DNA of 57,299 nt, the filler included, from Sphacelaria rigidula (Eukaryota), in NCBI GenBank assembly GCA_964200075.2. It is 8 parts of 8 records of this genome, joined end to end, with 100 filler letters (N's around TTAATTAATTAA, not from the genome) between each part and the next. Parts side by side here need not be neighbours in the genome. Positions count along the whole stretch, not along the records: positions 7,176 to 14,250 come from CAXNAA020016616.1; positions 14,351 to 21,425 come from CAXNAA020016617.1; positions 21,526 to 28,600 come from CAXNAA020016618.1; 5 more parts are not named here. One strand, given 5' to 3'. The notes beneath the pieces are model-generated. The model was not told where the DNA came from. It saw only the letters and a program-made list of their open reading frames with translations, and did not search any database. Made by a program: the position numbers and the translations under genes. This document shows, one piece after another, positions 12,468 through 24,500 of the stretch; the first letter of the stretch is position 1, and the number at the start of each line of letters is the position of its first letter.

Positions 12468-12612
12468 GCACTTTAAATGACCCCCCAGGGATCCACCCGT
12501 GGTCTCATGATAGACGTACCCGAGAAATACAAGACTGAAACACTCGCTGAAGAAAGGAAGGAACAGCCAAAAAAAAGTCGAACAGAACGACATAGTAGAC
12601 TAAGACGTAACG
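12468..12612 (-). mobile_element. Short retroposon-like repeat (family C)
   Basis: Aligns with the 30806-30977 insertion (CATGATAGACGT, GAAACACTCGCTGAAGAAA, CGAACAGAACGACAT, GACTAAGACGT). Confidence 0.7.
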
Positions 12613-14183
12613 AAGAATAATAATTATAATAATAACGTCGACAACAGCAAAGCACAGAAAGAAATGGCCGACCTAAAGCAAAAAAAAGGGGGGGAAAGTA
12701 AAGAGCAAATAAGATGAAATAAAATGATACGATGGTTAGACTGCGACCGTGAAGGGCATCTCATGCCAGGTGCCCCGCCGGTTAGGGCAGCGGAACGGAC
12801 ACAGAAGGATCGGAACTGTAAGCTTCTATTGAAAGAACAAAATATGTTCATGAGGTACCAGCGTGTCCTTGACGATACGGTACTATACTACTATCTGTAG
12901 AGTACATATCTAATTATGTGCAAAAGTGGCTGGGTCGACTGCCGTGATAAGCGTGTACGATGATGTGAACGGTTGCTGCTTCTACGCCACTAGCTGGTGG
13001 AAATTCGTGTGTGCATGTATGTGTGGTCTGTGGTACTGTCCGTGTGCGTGTCGTACCCTGTGTCTGTTGTACCGTGTACTGCGCGCGAGCTGTGCATCGG
13101 CTATCTCTTGCGCGCGGGTGGATTCAAAAATGTGTTGGGTAGTCGGACTGCCGGGTTGCTCAAACATGCCATGGAACTGGTTCTACTTTGAGGGTAGGTT
13201 CTGTAGATCTACCCGTTGGGGGCGAAATACGCCAGCCGTGCCACCAGCACACGATCGTGGGGAGTCCGGTTCCAAAGGGGTCAATGGTTGTGGCAGTGTG
13301 TTAGGGGTAGTAGATGTATCTCATACTCGAGATTCCCGGTATGTTTCACAGTGACTTACAGATAAATATATCTGGAACCTCGAGTTTGAAATACAGTACC
13401 TGTAGTAACATGTGGTCGTTGTGGCGTTCGTGGACGGCAACTGGGGGGAAAATGAGCCGAATGTGTGGGTGCAATGGGTAGAGTTGGTGCGTGAATTCCC
13501 TCCCGCGCAGTGTGTCGCGTCGGGTACAGTGTGAGAAGCGATGGCCAACGATAGGTACTTTCTGGGCCGACTGGTTGCCCAAAAAGGGAATGATTGAAAA
13601 AAATTACTACATCAAGTACACCTGGCCGACCTTTTGGCGTAGAAAGGGGAAGTGATTTCTGGAGATGAGACGTCCTTCTGCGCATGGCTGTATATCTCGC
13701 GAGTGTTATATATTTTTTCTGTTTTCTTTTTTCTCGCCCGGATGCTAAGGAGCCCCCCGATTGCTGCGCGTGAAACATTCGGAGCGACATCGGTCGGGAT
13801 TGTGTGTTTCGCTGTTTTTGCGTTAGCGTTAACTTTCGAATAAAATGTTAACGTAAAGTTAATTTTTTTTAACGTGCCACGAAACGTAACGTGAACGTGT
13901 GACGTGTAGAGCCCTGAAAAAAAAATGGAGTGTGGGTCCGAGACGTTTTTCTATAATCGGGAGACCCGCCCTACCCGCACCACTCCCTTTTATGGGGATA
14001 GATGTTCAAACTTAAATGAAAGATTCAATGAATCAGAGGCTCCTTGGTGGGGAGTCGGCGGAATCTAGCGCCAATAAAATGCAATGTTAGTAGTGAAATG
14101 CGCAGTGAAAAATGCCTGTGACTGGCTCATAGACTTGATTCCACGTGGAGTGTTCGTATACTGCAGTACATGACGTGCCGGTC

Positions 14184-14250
14184 GCCCCGGTGGCTCAGTT
14201 GGTAACCTCGTAACCTTCTGGTTGTTGAGTTGTGGGGTTCGATTCTCGGA
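14184..14250 (+). mobile_element. tRNA-derived SINE head, truncated by the contig end
   Basis: Pol III A box TGGCTCAGTTGG and B box GGTTCGATTCTC, no proper anticodon arm; related copy on the minus strand at 35876-35950. Confidence 0.7.
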
Positions 14251-14399
14251 NNNNNNNNNNNNNNNNNNNNNNNNNNNNNNNNNNNNNNNNNNNNTTAATT
14301 AATTAANNNNNNNNNNNNNNNNNNNNNNNNNNNNNNNNNNNNNNNNNNNNAAAGGTGATTCGACATGCCTAAATCCCGATTTCCTCTCAGGCCGCAAAA

Positions 14400-16020
14400 G
14401 CGCAGACCCTATCGCAGCATCACTCTGTTCAGTAGTTTTGTGAAGGAAAGATACAACAAGAGTCGCGTACAATCGATACTGAAAAATAAGAGCAGCAGCG
14501 TGCTGATTTGGCAGGAGCTCAGGTCAGCGACAGCGGCTGGCTTATGAACAACAGTGCGCCTTTGTGCACTGGTGTTTTGTACAAACCTGTAGGAGAAGAC
14601 CTCTTTAGCAGAAGGAAAGGGGGGCAACAAGATCAAGTACACGAGCCAACGATGGCTTGGCGCGTTGATCGTGCCTGACTGAACGAATCACCGAGAAATT
14701 CGCCACGTGCAGTAGGAACTGATGCCGTGCAACCTTGTGCGGGCGATGTCCAAATTGACAGCACGGTGAAAGTAGCAAGCAGTGCGCGTTGATCCCACGT
14801 AGCACAAGATGTACAGTCAAACACCACAGCAAGTTGCAAGTTAAAGGGCATGAATACTCTTTACCGAGGGACACACGGGCAGAAGCTTTGAGAGCTGCTG
14901 ACTATCGAAGCGATAGATTCGACTTATAACCGTCCTACCGTCGACGCCAATGTAATGAAGAGCAAGGGGTAATATAATGCAAGGACACAGGTTGTAGCCC
15001 AAGGTACAGGCTCACAAGGCCAGCGGACAACAGTCAGGCTGGCACAGCTCTGCACACTACTGAACACAGCTCAGCAAAATGTCAGACGGGTTCTCACGCA
15101 ATAGGTTCTTCACTCCTTCTGGCTATCTTGATTCTAACTCCAGTACCCAATCAATCAATCCAACCCAAACCAGCCAATACCTCTCACCGATGGTTAGACT
15201 TCCTTTTGCTGGCTAACAGAAGGGGAGCAGTTGGTAGTGATTGATGGTGCGAGCTTTGGTCGTGGGAACAGCGACCAAAGCCGGTATCATCCCTGTAGTT
15301 ATACAGGTTCACATTCGTACCCGACCAACTCGGACCTGTAGTCTTGGCTACCGAGATTCCCAAATTACCGAAAGCCAGACTTCGACAACGGGTCTGAAGC
15401 GGCATGACAACAGGCTAGTATGCGTCTTCATGACACTTGATGTTGCGCACGCTGTACTGCAAGATTAGCGTGAGGGTTTCTCTGTTTTTTTGTTTGGAAG
15501 ATTGATATCTCGGAGTTTGAAAAATAGGGCATGTGCACTTGATGATGCGCACGCTGTGCTGCAAGATGAGCGTGAGAGTCCTGATTTTGTACTATGCTGC
15601 AGAGTTGGATGCATGTCTGAACCGATACTCGGTGTGCACTGCATTGCTTGCACCATGGGAAAGCGCAAAACGTGACAGGTTGTTTGCAAATATCCAAGTA
15701 CGGATATCATTATTATTGTAGATTCGAGAGAGCTTGGCTTTGGATCTTGGAACGTTGATCGGGATCTTTGAGCGCAAGCAGTTTAATGAGGTACAGAAAA
15801 TTTTGAAGTACTGTAACTTTTCGAAAGAAGGGGCGCACATATGATTCTGTTATATATTGTCTATGGGGGCAGGTGCGATTTTTCTCCTAAAGAAAGTACC
15901 TGTTCAGTGATGACGTGAGTAGGTTTGAGAGACATCCCCGCTCACCGGGTGAATCGTTGTCTAGAATGGTTTCCCGTGAGCCTACTAATGAAACGACCGC
16001 GCAAGGGGGGTGTTGATATG
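14400..16020 (+). mobile_element. Highly decayed Ty1/copia relic
   Basis: Motif remnants in copia order: TPQQ (integrase, ~14820), KG*YNARTQVVAQG (~YKARLVAQG, ~14960-15005), LDVAHAVLQ (~RPDIA.AV, ~15440, locally duplicated), then polypurine AAGGGGGG plus TGTTG at ~16003-16015 (candidate PPT/LTR start). Confidence 0.5.
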
Positions 16021-16628
16021 AGCAGCCTTTTCGGTGTGGTCTACAGTACTGACAAGCCACGGTACAGAGGTACCTGTCTTCACGGGTTATGACCGTTACA
16101 TTCGGTGGGATTTGATACCATAGTAGGTGTGTGCCTTGTACTCACGTACGCAATGTTTGGGAGCTTGGCTGACCACGATATTGGTTAGCCACACGAGTTC
16201 ACTTCGTTCTCTTTCTTCTTTTCCCTCCTTGGCTTGCTTAGTCAAGCTGTGCAATACTACTCTTCTACAACAACATGACCGGCTAACCCGTGTCCTTTGA
16301 TCGCCTTCATCAGTCGTGTCTAGCCGTCCCTGTTTACGGATCACGCATCAAGAAACAGGGGTGTGCGATGACTCGTACAATTACGGTACTCTATTTTAGT
16401 TCTTGAACGGCACCCTCCACTGCCGAGACAAAAGTAATGTAAAGTAACTGGACGAGGTCGATCTTTCCCAGGCACGGCGTAGCTTTTTGCGGCGTCCTCA
16501 CGGATCTGTAGTGTATGGGACAAGTGAGGTTACAAACAGATCACTCGGAAGTAGAACATTCCACCACACGAGCAGCGCGTGTAGTCTTGTTCACATCGCC
16601 GCGCCAGCTCACGTAATCACGCCTTTTC

Positions 16629-19600
16629 CTACCAAAGTTCCTGAATCAAGGAGCTGACACTTGCGATCATCGTCGGGTTAAGATTGAAGGATAAGCGCAG
16701 CAGCCCGAGACTCTTCTCGTGAAAATCTTGCACCAATAGCTGAGGCCTCGATTCCAGAAACTGAATGATGCCATCTTCCGACTCGTCCATGCCCAACTGT
16801 CTGCGCGCTGCTGTCCTCGCGTTGCCGCTGCTGCCGCTGCTGCCGTTGATGCTACTGCACGCGTGAGACGGAATATGCCAAGAAACGTTCTCTAGGGGTT
16901 ACCTACTGTGTTGATTGTCAAATGTCAACCAAACTGTACTACCGTCCTCGAGTCACCGCCATCAACTACCCCGTGACTATGGTGCCTCCTGCGACAAGTG
17001 AGAATCAACAAAAGGTTTTCATGACGTCAATTTTATGTATTCTCGATGATTGGATTGTTCACCAATCGGGAGGGACTACGTGTAAGGTTAGACTATCGAA
17101 ACAACTATGATGGAGGGGGGGGGGGCATCTTTCCAAATCCCCTACATTATACATTGCCCGAACAGCATCACTGAGCAATGCGCCAGGTGTCGAGTGATGC
17201 TACGGTAGGGATTGCACGTTTCTAGCAAAAATGTTTCTCTGGGTCTTCGACGGGTCATTTTGATAATATGCATCATTTTTCTTGAAAAAGGCTGAAAATG
17301 ATGCCGATTCACGAAAAGGCCCTTGCGTGCTTCCCCGTGTCCGGCCCCCAGGGATGTGGGTTGCACAGTAGTAAACCCCATACAGTTTGGCTCCTACAAA
17401 GCGAGACCCGAAAACAAAACGTGCAACCCCTGTCGTAGTATTGCTCTACCGGACGTGCTCTAAACCAGGCGACTACTTCCGCCCCTTTCGGCTCTTCAAA
17501 AATAGCTTCAAGATTGTCACAGTAGCCTTCTCCTTGTAAGCTAAAAACGTTTCAAGAGGTGCCTTCCATCCCATCCGCACCCACGCCTTGGCGTTTCAGT
17601 ACTTACTTGGTCTTGGCGACCAACTGCTCGATGCTTGCTTTCACTCTCGTTTCGTACACGTTTGCGAGTGTTTCTTCAGGACGTGTTGAGTGCGGTATGC
17701 TGTGTGCGATGAGGCACGACGCTCGAAAAGGCCTGCACCACAACGATCGTGTGAAGAAGGTTGGGTTGACAACGCGAGATCAAATAATAGAGAAGGGTTG
17801 CATGTTAACCGCAAGGAGACACCTTGCTCGCGCTTGCGACAAACTACCAGTACACACAATGTCGTCATCCCCATACTACGGTACATCTGCAAATGCACGA
17901 GCGATGGCCTGGGGAGGCCTACTTGTCGGGACAACATTGAAGTCAACACTTTGAAAGCTATGTCATGATTTTTCAGTCGTTTCAGAGTCATCCTACGATA
18001 GGGGGGGGGGGGGGGGGGTTTTTGGTTAACTTTTTTCCCGAAATCCCAGGTCAAATTGTTTTTTAAAGGGGCAAAAATCNNNNNNNNNNGTTTTCATTTG
18101 TTATAAGTAAAATAAGTATTATTACGTTTGTGGGAGGGGGGGGGGGGGGGGGGTATTTTGGTCAACTTCTTGCACGAAATCCCAGGTCAAATTGTTCTTG
18201 AAAGGAGCAACGGTTGCTCGAACGAGCTTACAATATATATATATATATATATATATAACGTTCGTTCATACGGATTGACACCGTTTTGAACCAAACACTA
18301 GCGCACCGCGAGTGTGGCAGGCCGTATGACACACTTTTTAGCATCTTTTTTCGTGCCCCCCCTCCCATCGTAGGATGAATTTTAATACGTCCTATGCTCT
18401 ATGTTGCCATGAATAGATGCATATGATATATAAACTCACAGCCATGATGAGTCGCGCCCCGAGTCGTTTGGCGTCCACCGCATGAGCTACGTCAGTGCTA
18501 CACAGGATTCTGGTCCTTCCGGGAGGTTAATTCTACATTCGGGTGGTGTGCCCTTACTGAACGGAAGATTAGGAATGTCGAGTCTCATACCAGAACTCCG
18601 AAATGAAGGTCCATCGAAGTAGCTTCCTTGCGTGTTCTTCACTGAAACTCGGGGTGATCTTGATCCCTAGCGAGTGCTGAAGGCTGTATCTGCTTCAGCA
18701 GGCAGCCGGTCCCAGATGATGCGGACGAGAAACATGTATCGTTAGTCACACAGAATACCGGGGACGTGCACTGTGAGCAGCTAGTGGCGAATGTCGTAAT
18801 CTGGCGAGTGAATGCTTGCCGTAACAAGGATTTCGATTGATGATACCATAACATGGTGTACCCCCCTACAAAGAGGATGAACCTCATCTCTCGGTGCAGC
18901 AGCAGAGACACTGAGCTGTCTGCTGTTAACCGCAAGAGATGTACAAAAACTGAATTTTCGAAGTGCTTTTGTACGAGATAAGACTTGAAGAAGTGTGGAA
19001 TCTATCCACAGAGTACCTTGACGAAGCTTTGTCGACGAGAGCGGAGAAACCCCGTTAACGTTCGGACGTTTCTTGGGCGCAACGTTCCGTCCCAACACGC
19101 GGACGTGTGCACCATTAATAACTTCAATCAATCGATATATATATATATATATTATGTAGTCTCATGCCCCCAGACGATTTGTTGCACCCGAAATATTCCT
19201 TATGAACTTCATGACGTCCAGAACGTTGTTCGCAATGGTATAAAACGCATGAACCAGCTGCTTCCCTTCCCTTCCCCGAAAACCGATTGTAGCCGCGCTC
19301 TCCTCTTGACGACGCCTGAATTTGTACCGGATCAATCAATTCGCAAGAACCAACCAGTCAATCAACCGATGGCTCTTCTGTTTATCGATCTTAGCCCGCA
19401 CTTGGTACACAAACTTTTGTCCTTGTTGTCTTTACATTGAAACCCGTTTTGATCTCTGCAGAGTGCCCTCTAACTTCCGCACTGGGCATCTGATGCGGCC
19501 GCCTTCCGAGGTCACAGGCCGACTACCCAAATTGGATATAAGCAAACCAAATATCAAAATAAAATAGGAACCGCGATATCCATAGATATTTAACTTGCTA

Positions 19601-19910
19601 CACACACATACACACACATACACATACGTCCCGAAACGCGATGGCACAAGCCCGGTTATTCAGACCTCTCCCCGCGTGATCCTCCTCCTGTTACGAGTAT
19701 AATCTCGACGAAATCTCACTCACATGTTGCAGACGCGCTTAATCTTGCGAGGAGTAGTGGCGACAGCGTCCACGAGGGCTCGAAACTCCTCGATCTCGTG
19801 AGGTGCGTACCTTCGACGTGATGGAGGGATGTAGGCATGCTGTGCACAGGTGCTGGCGTCGGGCAGCTCGAAGCTGCGACGGGCGGGAGTAGCACCAAAC
19901 CCTGCAGATC
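16629..19910 (-). CDS. KAP-family P-loop NTPase (Kidins220/NKPD1-like), C-terminal four exons
   Basis: Exons 19910-19724, 18689-18591, 17732-17607, 16854-16629 (CAG acceptors; GTGAGT, GTATGA, GTAAGT donors; three phase-2 joins) splice into a stop-free 211-aa frame: ...EIEEFRALVDAVATTPRKIKRVCNIYSL...KLLRWTFISEFWPFRASCLI...ETLANVYE...LGMDESEDGIIQFLESRPQLLVQDF...LLRLSFNLNPTMIASV...W*. This matches the remembered KAP C-terminal motif series PR..KR..N / W....E.WP.R / D.....FL / NL[DN]P. Walker A/B are not on this contig. Confidence 0.8.
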
Positions 19911-20046
19911 CTGCATCAAAATACGGTTTAGGCAGTAGTTTTCCTTACAGTTTTGTTTTGGATAGTTAGCCTTTGACCACGGAAGGCGTCTGCATCAGAT
20001 CTACAGTACAGAGTACTGCCCAGATATCGGAACGGTTGATATGGAA

Positions 20047-20123
20047 ACAACAACGACAACGACAACGACAACAACAACAACAACGACAACAACGACAACA
20101 ACAACAACAACAACAGCAACAGC

Positions 20124-20154
<31 letters not shown>

Positions 20155-20182
20155 GCAACGACAACAACGACAACAACGACAA
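20047..20182. repeat. (CAA/CAG/CGA)n microsatellite
   Basis: Direct; source of spurious poly-Q/L/V ORFs. Confidence 0.95.
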
Positions 20183-20619
20183 GTGGTTGTTCAGGGGTGG
20201 GGTGAGTGTCGTGTATGACGTGGGGTGTATTCCGATACAAGATTGTCGGTATATGGAAGAGAAACTCAACGCTGACGGATGTTCGTATTTCCTAGTCTCA
20301 ATAAATACGCTGACGTTTGGTTACTTTGACAGTTGCGTCATCTTAGTCAGCGCACCGCCGATCACTGATCACTATATCTATCTATATCACGCACATCCTG
20401 GACACTTTACGGCCTTTATTCCAATAGCAGTAGAAACTTCTGCAATAGATGCCAACATTGTCGTCGGTAATGGAGATCGATCGTCAAGTTTCTCCGTCTA
20501 TTGTCGTCGCCAATATCTCTTGATAGACCCCTTTCCCACACTACTGCCCTGGCAATAGTCTATCGTGGTCGTAAACCGAAAACTATTACCGCCGACCGAG
20601 TATATTGATAGAAATCTTC

Positions 20620-20787
20620 CCAACTTTATTGATGACGGCAATGGCTATCGATAAACTGGGTGCCAAATCTTTTGATGGCGATAATGGCTAATAGTAGATT
20701 GTGTACCAAGTCTGTTGATGGCGACAATGGCCATTGATAGATCCCTTGGGGGTTAGTTAAAATGCAACAATCAATCAATCAATCAAG
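20620..20787 (+). repeat. Three degenerate ~44-bp units followed by the 3' end of a family-C retroposon with a (CAAT)n tail
   Basis: TTGATG[AG]CG..AATGGC occurs three times; then GATCCCTTGGGGGTTAGTTAAAATGCAACAATCAATCAATCAATC, the reverse complement of the 30806-30855 end. Confidence 0.6.
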
Positions 20788-20943
20788 ATTACGCACAGCA
20801 TATTATGTCGATGATAGCAACGACTATCAATAGATAAAACCATGATCTCCTGTAATGCACAATGCCTATTGACCGATATCCCCAGTCGCCAACTAGCAAT
20901 ACAATGATACACTATTTGTGACACATATACTCTGTTGAAGTAC

Positions 20944-21118
20944 GGTAGAGAGGCCGTCGTTGGACATGCGGTGAGATATGATGATACTGCTTGTGAAAAA
21001 ATGACGTCACGATCCTCCAGATTCGCGATGGTTGTATGTTGTAGGAATCCGCGACATGTATGGGCAAACGTTTACGAGATTTGTTGTTGTGGTGGTGGTG
21101 ATACTCAGGGTTCTCCTT
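20944..21118 (-). CDS. Possible additional upstream exon of the KAP NTPase gene
   Basis: CTAAC branch point, pyrimidine tract and CAG acceptor at 21119; open frame KENPEYHHHHNNKSRKRLP...; phase-1 donor is weak (C|GTACTT, or C|GTAAAC earlier). Confidence 0.3.
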
Positions 21119-21525
21119 CTGATGGACAAAAGGGTTAGAGTACTTTCGTGTTTGAGTGATATGTACTTTTACACTGGACAATAGAATGTGATTGCCGCCA
21201 CAATATCCCTGATGATGTGACTATCAATGTACATTCTCAGCGACAATCGACTGGCATCACTGTCTATCGATAGCCATTGAAGGCAACAAGAGATTCGAGA
21301 CAATGAACGAAACAATATCATTGCCGTGACAATGGAGTGGCCGAGTTCTAAAGCGACATATAACAGCCGATTTTAAATTTTGGGGTTCATACAAAATATG
21401 GGGTTGAAGTGGCATTTCTCTCTTGNNNNNNNNNNNNNNNNNNNNNNNNNNNNNNNNNNNNNNNNNNNNTTAATTAATTAANNNNNNNNNNNNNNNNNNN
21501 NNNNNNNNNNNNNNNNNNNNNNNNN

Positions 21526-24500
21526 TAACTCCCGGGCGACGCACGCGTGCGTATAAAGCATAATCGCCTACTCCGAGATTCGGCAATTCCAGCCCCGACG
21601 GAGACCCCTCACGTCTACGCGCACGTTCAGCTGCAACACGCCCCTGCACTTGAACGTGGAAACGTTCTTGCAAGTCCGAAACTCCTTGCAATGCACTCTT
21701 AATTTGAACATCGTCTAGAATTTCACACTTTCATTCCCCCACCGACGATGACGCCGGCACTGAGAAAGACGTCCGAGGGGCACCGCCAAACATCACGTGA
21801 TACGGCGTACTATCGTACCGACGGCGATTTGCTGTATTAAGCGCCCATTGCACAGCGGGCAACCCACCCTGTCACTTCTCGACGCTGCTCGAGAAGAATG
21901 GAGCGAAGAGCACGAGCTACATCCTTTATCATGCGTTCGCACGTACCGTTAGACCACGGAGAATACGCTACCGCAAACCGGTGATCAACGCGCAAAGCCT
22001 CTCGCAACCGAGCCAAGATCGCATTTTTGAAATGCGTGTCGGTATCACTCACCCACACACGAGGCATCCCCAGAGGTTTGCACCAATTTATTTAGCAAAG
22101 ACGCAGCAGTCGATTCAGCAGTCCACACTGCTACTGGTTCTAGAGCGACAAAGTTGCTCAAATCATCCATGATTACCAAAACATATCGGAACCCGGCATC
22201 CTCCGACAAATCTTGGGAAGCTAGCGTGTCACTCTCGCCCACGTACAAGAAGTCAAAATGAACGGCTTCATCCGGCGTGGTCCCATGGGCCGTTTCGCCG
22301 AGCGGGCGGTGAACAACATCGGCCGCCCTCGAGTCAGCACAGTGAAGACACTGGCGGACAAATTTGCGCACATGAGTTTCTATCCCCTGCCAGACACAAA
22401 ACTCTTGCAAGCGTACGAGCGTCGCAGCCACACCACGATACCCAGCGTCGCGTATGTGCGCGCAAGTCATCAGACGTACCTGCAGCTGCTTGTCAGAACT
22501 CGGAATCCACAAAACGTTTCGGTCACGCACATGCACATGAAACATATCTTCATTGTCCAAAACAGCAGTACCAACGTCCGTCTCGAAATGTTGCACATCC
22601 GCATCTTCGGCCCCAAGGTCTCTTCGTTGCGCTTGGCGGACAACAGATTTGGACGGCATCGACTCATCAGGTTTGCACGGACCATACACAGCCACAGCGC
22701 GCGCAGGCAAAGTGGGGATATTTACCCAGCACGACCGCAAGTCACCCCACGCGTTCCGCTCACCCGAGATATGACAAATCGTGTACCGGTACTGACCTAA
22801 AACACCTTTCCACCCCTCCAATCGCTGTGCCAACGCCTTCGACACAAACGTCACGCATGCCTGCGGTTCGAAAATGTATGCTAGATTTCGGTGATCCGTG
22901 AAAATGTGTACGCCATTCCACAATAGATGCTCAAGACGACGAAAAGTGCTCACGATAGCGAAATTTTCCTCGTCAATAGCTGCCCAACGCGTCTGTGAAC
23001 CCCTGAAATTACCGCTCAGAAAAGCCCGCGGTTCATACGTCATGTCTTCAACCGGCAACCGTTGTTGTTGCATTGCTGCATCAGGCACCTGCGTTACGAA
23101 ACTACCCCAATGGCACTCAAATGCATCCGGAAACATTGACACCTGGCAATCAGGACGAGGATGGAACAGCGTCACGGTATGAGCCAACAGATCCTTCGCT
23201 GCCGCCCACGCCTTCAGCCTGCCCTCCGTCCACGATGCAGTCTTATTCTGAAACGCCATATCCGGACTGGACCACCCCGCCTGCAAATTCCGTAACACCA
23301 ACCCGAGCGCCAAAAGAGCCGCCATGCACAATGCCAACCAACTCGACCTCACTGGATCGTACCGCCGCGGCTTCGCCTTCACCGCGGACGCCCCAGGTTT
23401 TGGCTGAACACGCATGGGCTCCACGCGCGCAGGGGGATCACCCCGCAGCGCACGATGAAACGCGTTGACGCGGCAATGCAATATGCCGCGCAGGCGCTCC
23501 GCTTTTGAGACGCTGAGATTTGTCGCCCCAGCATCCGTCATGCTCTCCTCCAGCGCGACTTTCCGAGCGGACTCCTCTTCCGCCGGAGTAATAAATATCT
23601 CCGGGCCGCGCTCTACCAAGCGTTCCACCGCCGCATCCCGCTCCTCGGTCACCTGCCCTCCATCCTCCTGAAAAACATCCCCCGACAAGCTCACGCGACG
23701 ACTGCCCAAAACGGCGGGTGTCTCCAAGCGTGGACCAGGCGGAGACATCCGCGTCTTCATGGAGTCCCACAACCGCCGAGCGTGGACTCTAATATCCGGA
23801 ACCATCGGCAACTCCAGAGGAATAACGACATCCGACCCTGGCATGATCTCAAACGAGATCGGAGGCAACTGCACCGGCCCCCAGGAAGTAATCAAAGTCA
23901 GCTGCAACGGGACAGTACGCTCCGTGACATAAACATGCTGACCCGACGCGGTGACAGCCTGCCGCGCCCCAAGCGAAAACGGAGTGCGCAGCGGCACACC
24001 CGGGAGAGGACGCTCCAACATCTCTACAATCTGTACCGACAGACTCACACGACCCGTCCAGTGGGCGCCAGAATACCACTCAGCCTCTACCGCAATGGCT
24101 CCCCGCGCCCGGTGATTCGGGAGATACAACTCTGCAGGAATATATTTGGCTTGATACTCGACCGGTACCTGCTCCGCCAACTGATTGCTCGTGATCCTTA
24201 TTTGGCGCCATGGCTGCGCGTGCGGCGCAGGCATAAATGCCCCCGCTGGGGGCACCGGCACCGCCGGCGGGTACGAAGCCCCGCCCGCAGAACCAAATTG
24301 CTGAAATCCGTCCGGCTCCGCAGCAGGCGTCTCGCCTTGCTCTGCTGCCGGCGGCGCCGACACCGAGCCCGAGACTAGAGAGATCGGTCCCACCTGCACC
24401 GCCCGTTGTGGAGCAGCAGCCCTTGCGGCTGAGCCGGACCCAGAACCGGAACCCTGCTGACGCCGCTGCCCCTGCTGCTACTGCTGTTGGGAACTCGACT

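Noticed and set aside
14184-14250. Functional tRNA gene
   Set aside because: A and B boxes are present but there is no anticodon stem-loop, and a diverged second copy exists; better explained as a SINE.
18001-18205. Tandem duplication around a 10-N gap
   Set aside because: Looks like two overlapping contig ends, one of low quality after a poly-G run; assembly artefact.
8416-19910. Ankyrin plus KAP NTPase as a Kidins220-like gene or cluster
   Set aside because: Different contigs; the KAP frame ends in a stop; and the order is opposite to Kidins220, where ankyrins are N-terminal.
19928-20269. Poly-Q/L/V proteins (also 47214-47817 and 1665-2210)
   Set aside because: These ORFs arise from microsatellites.
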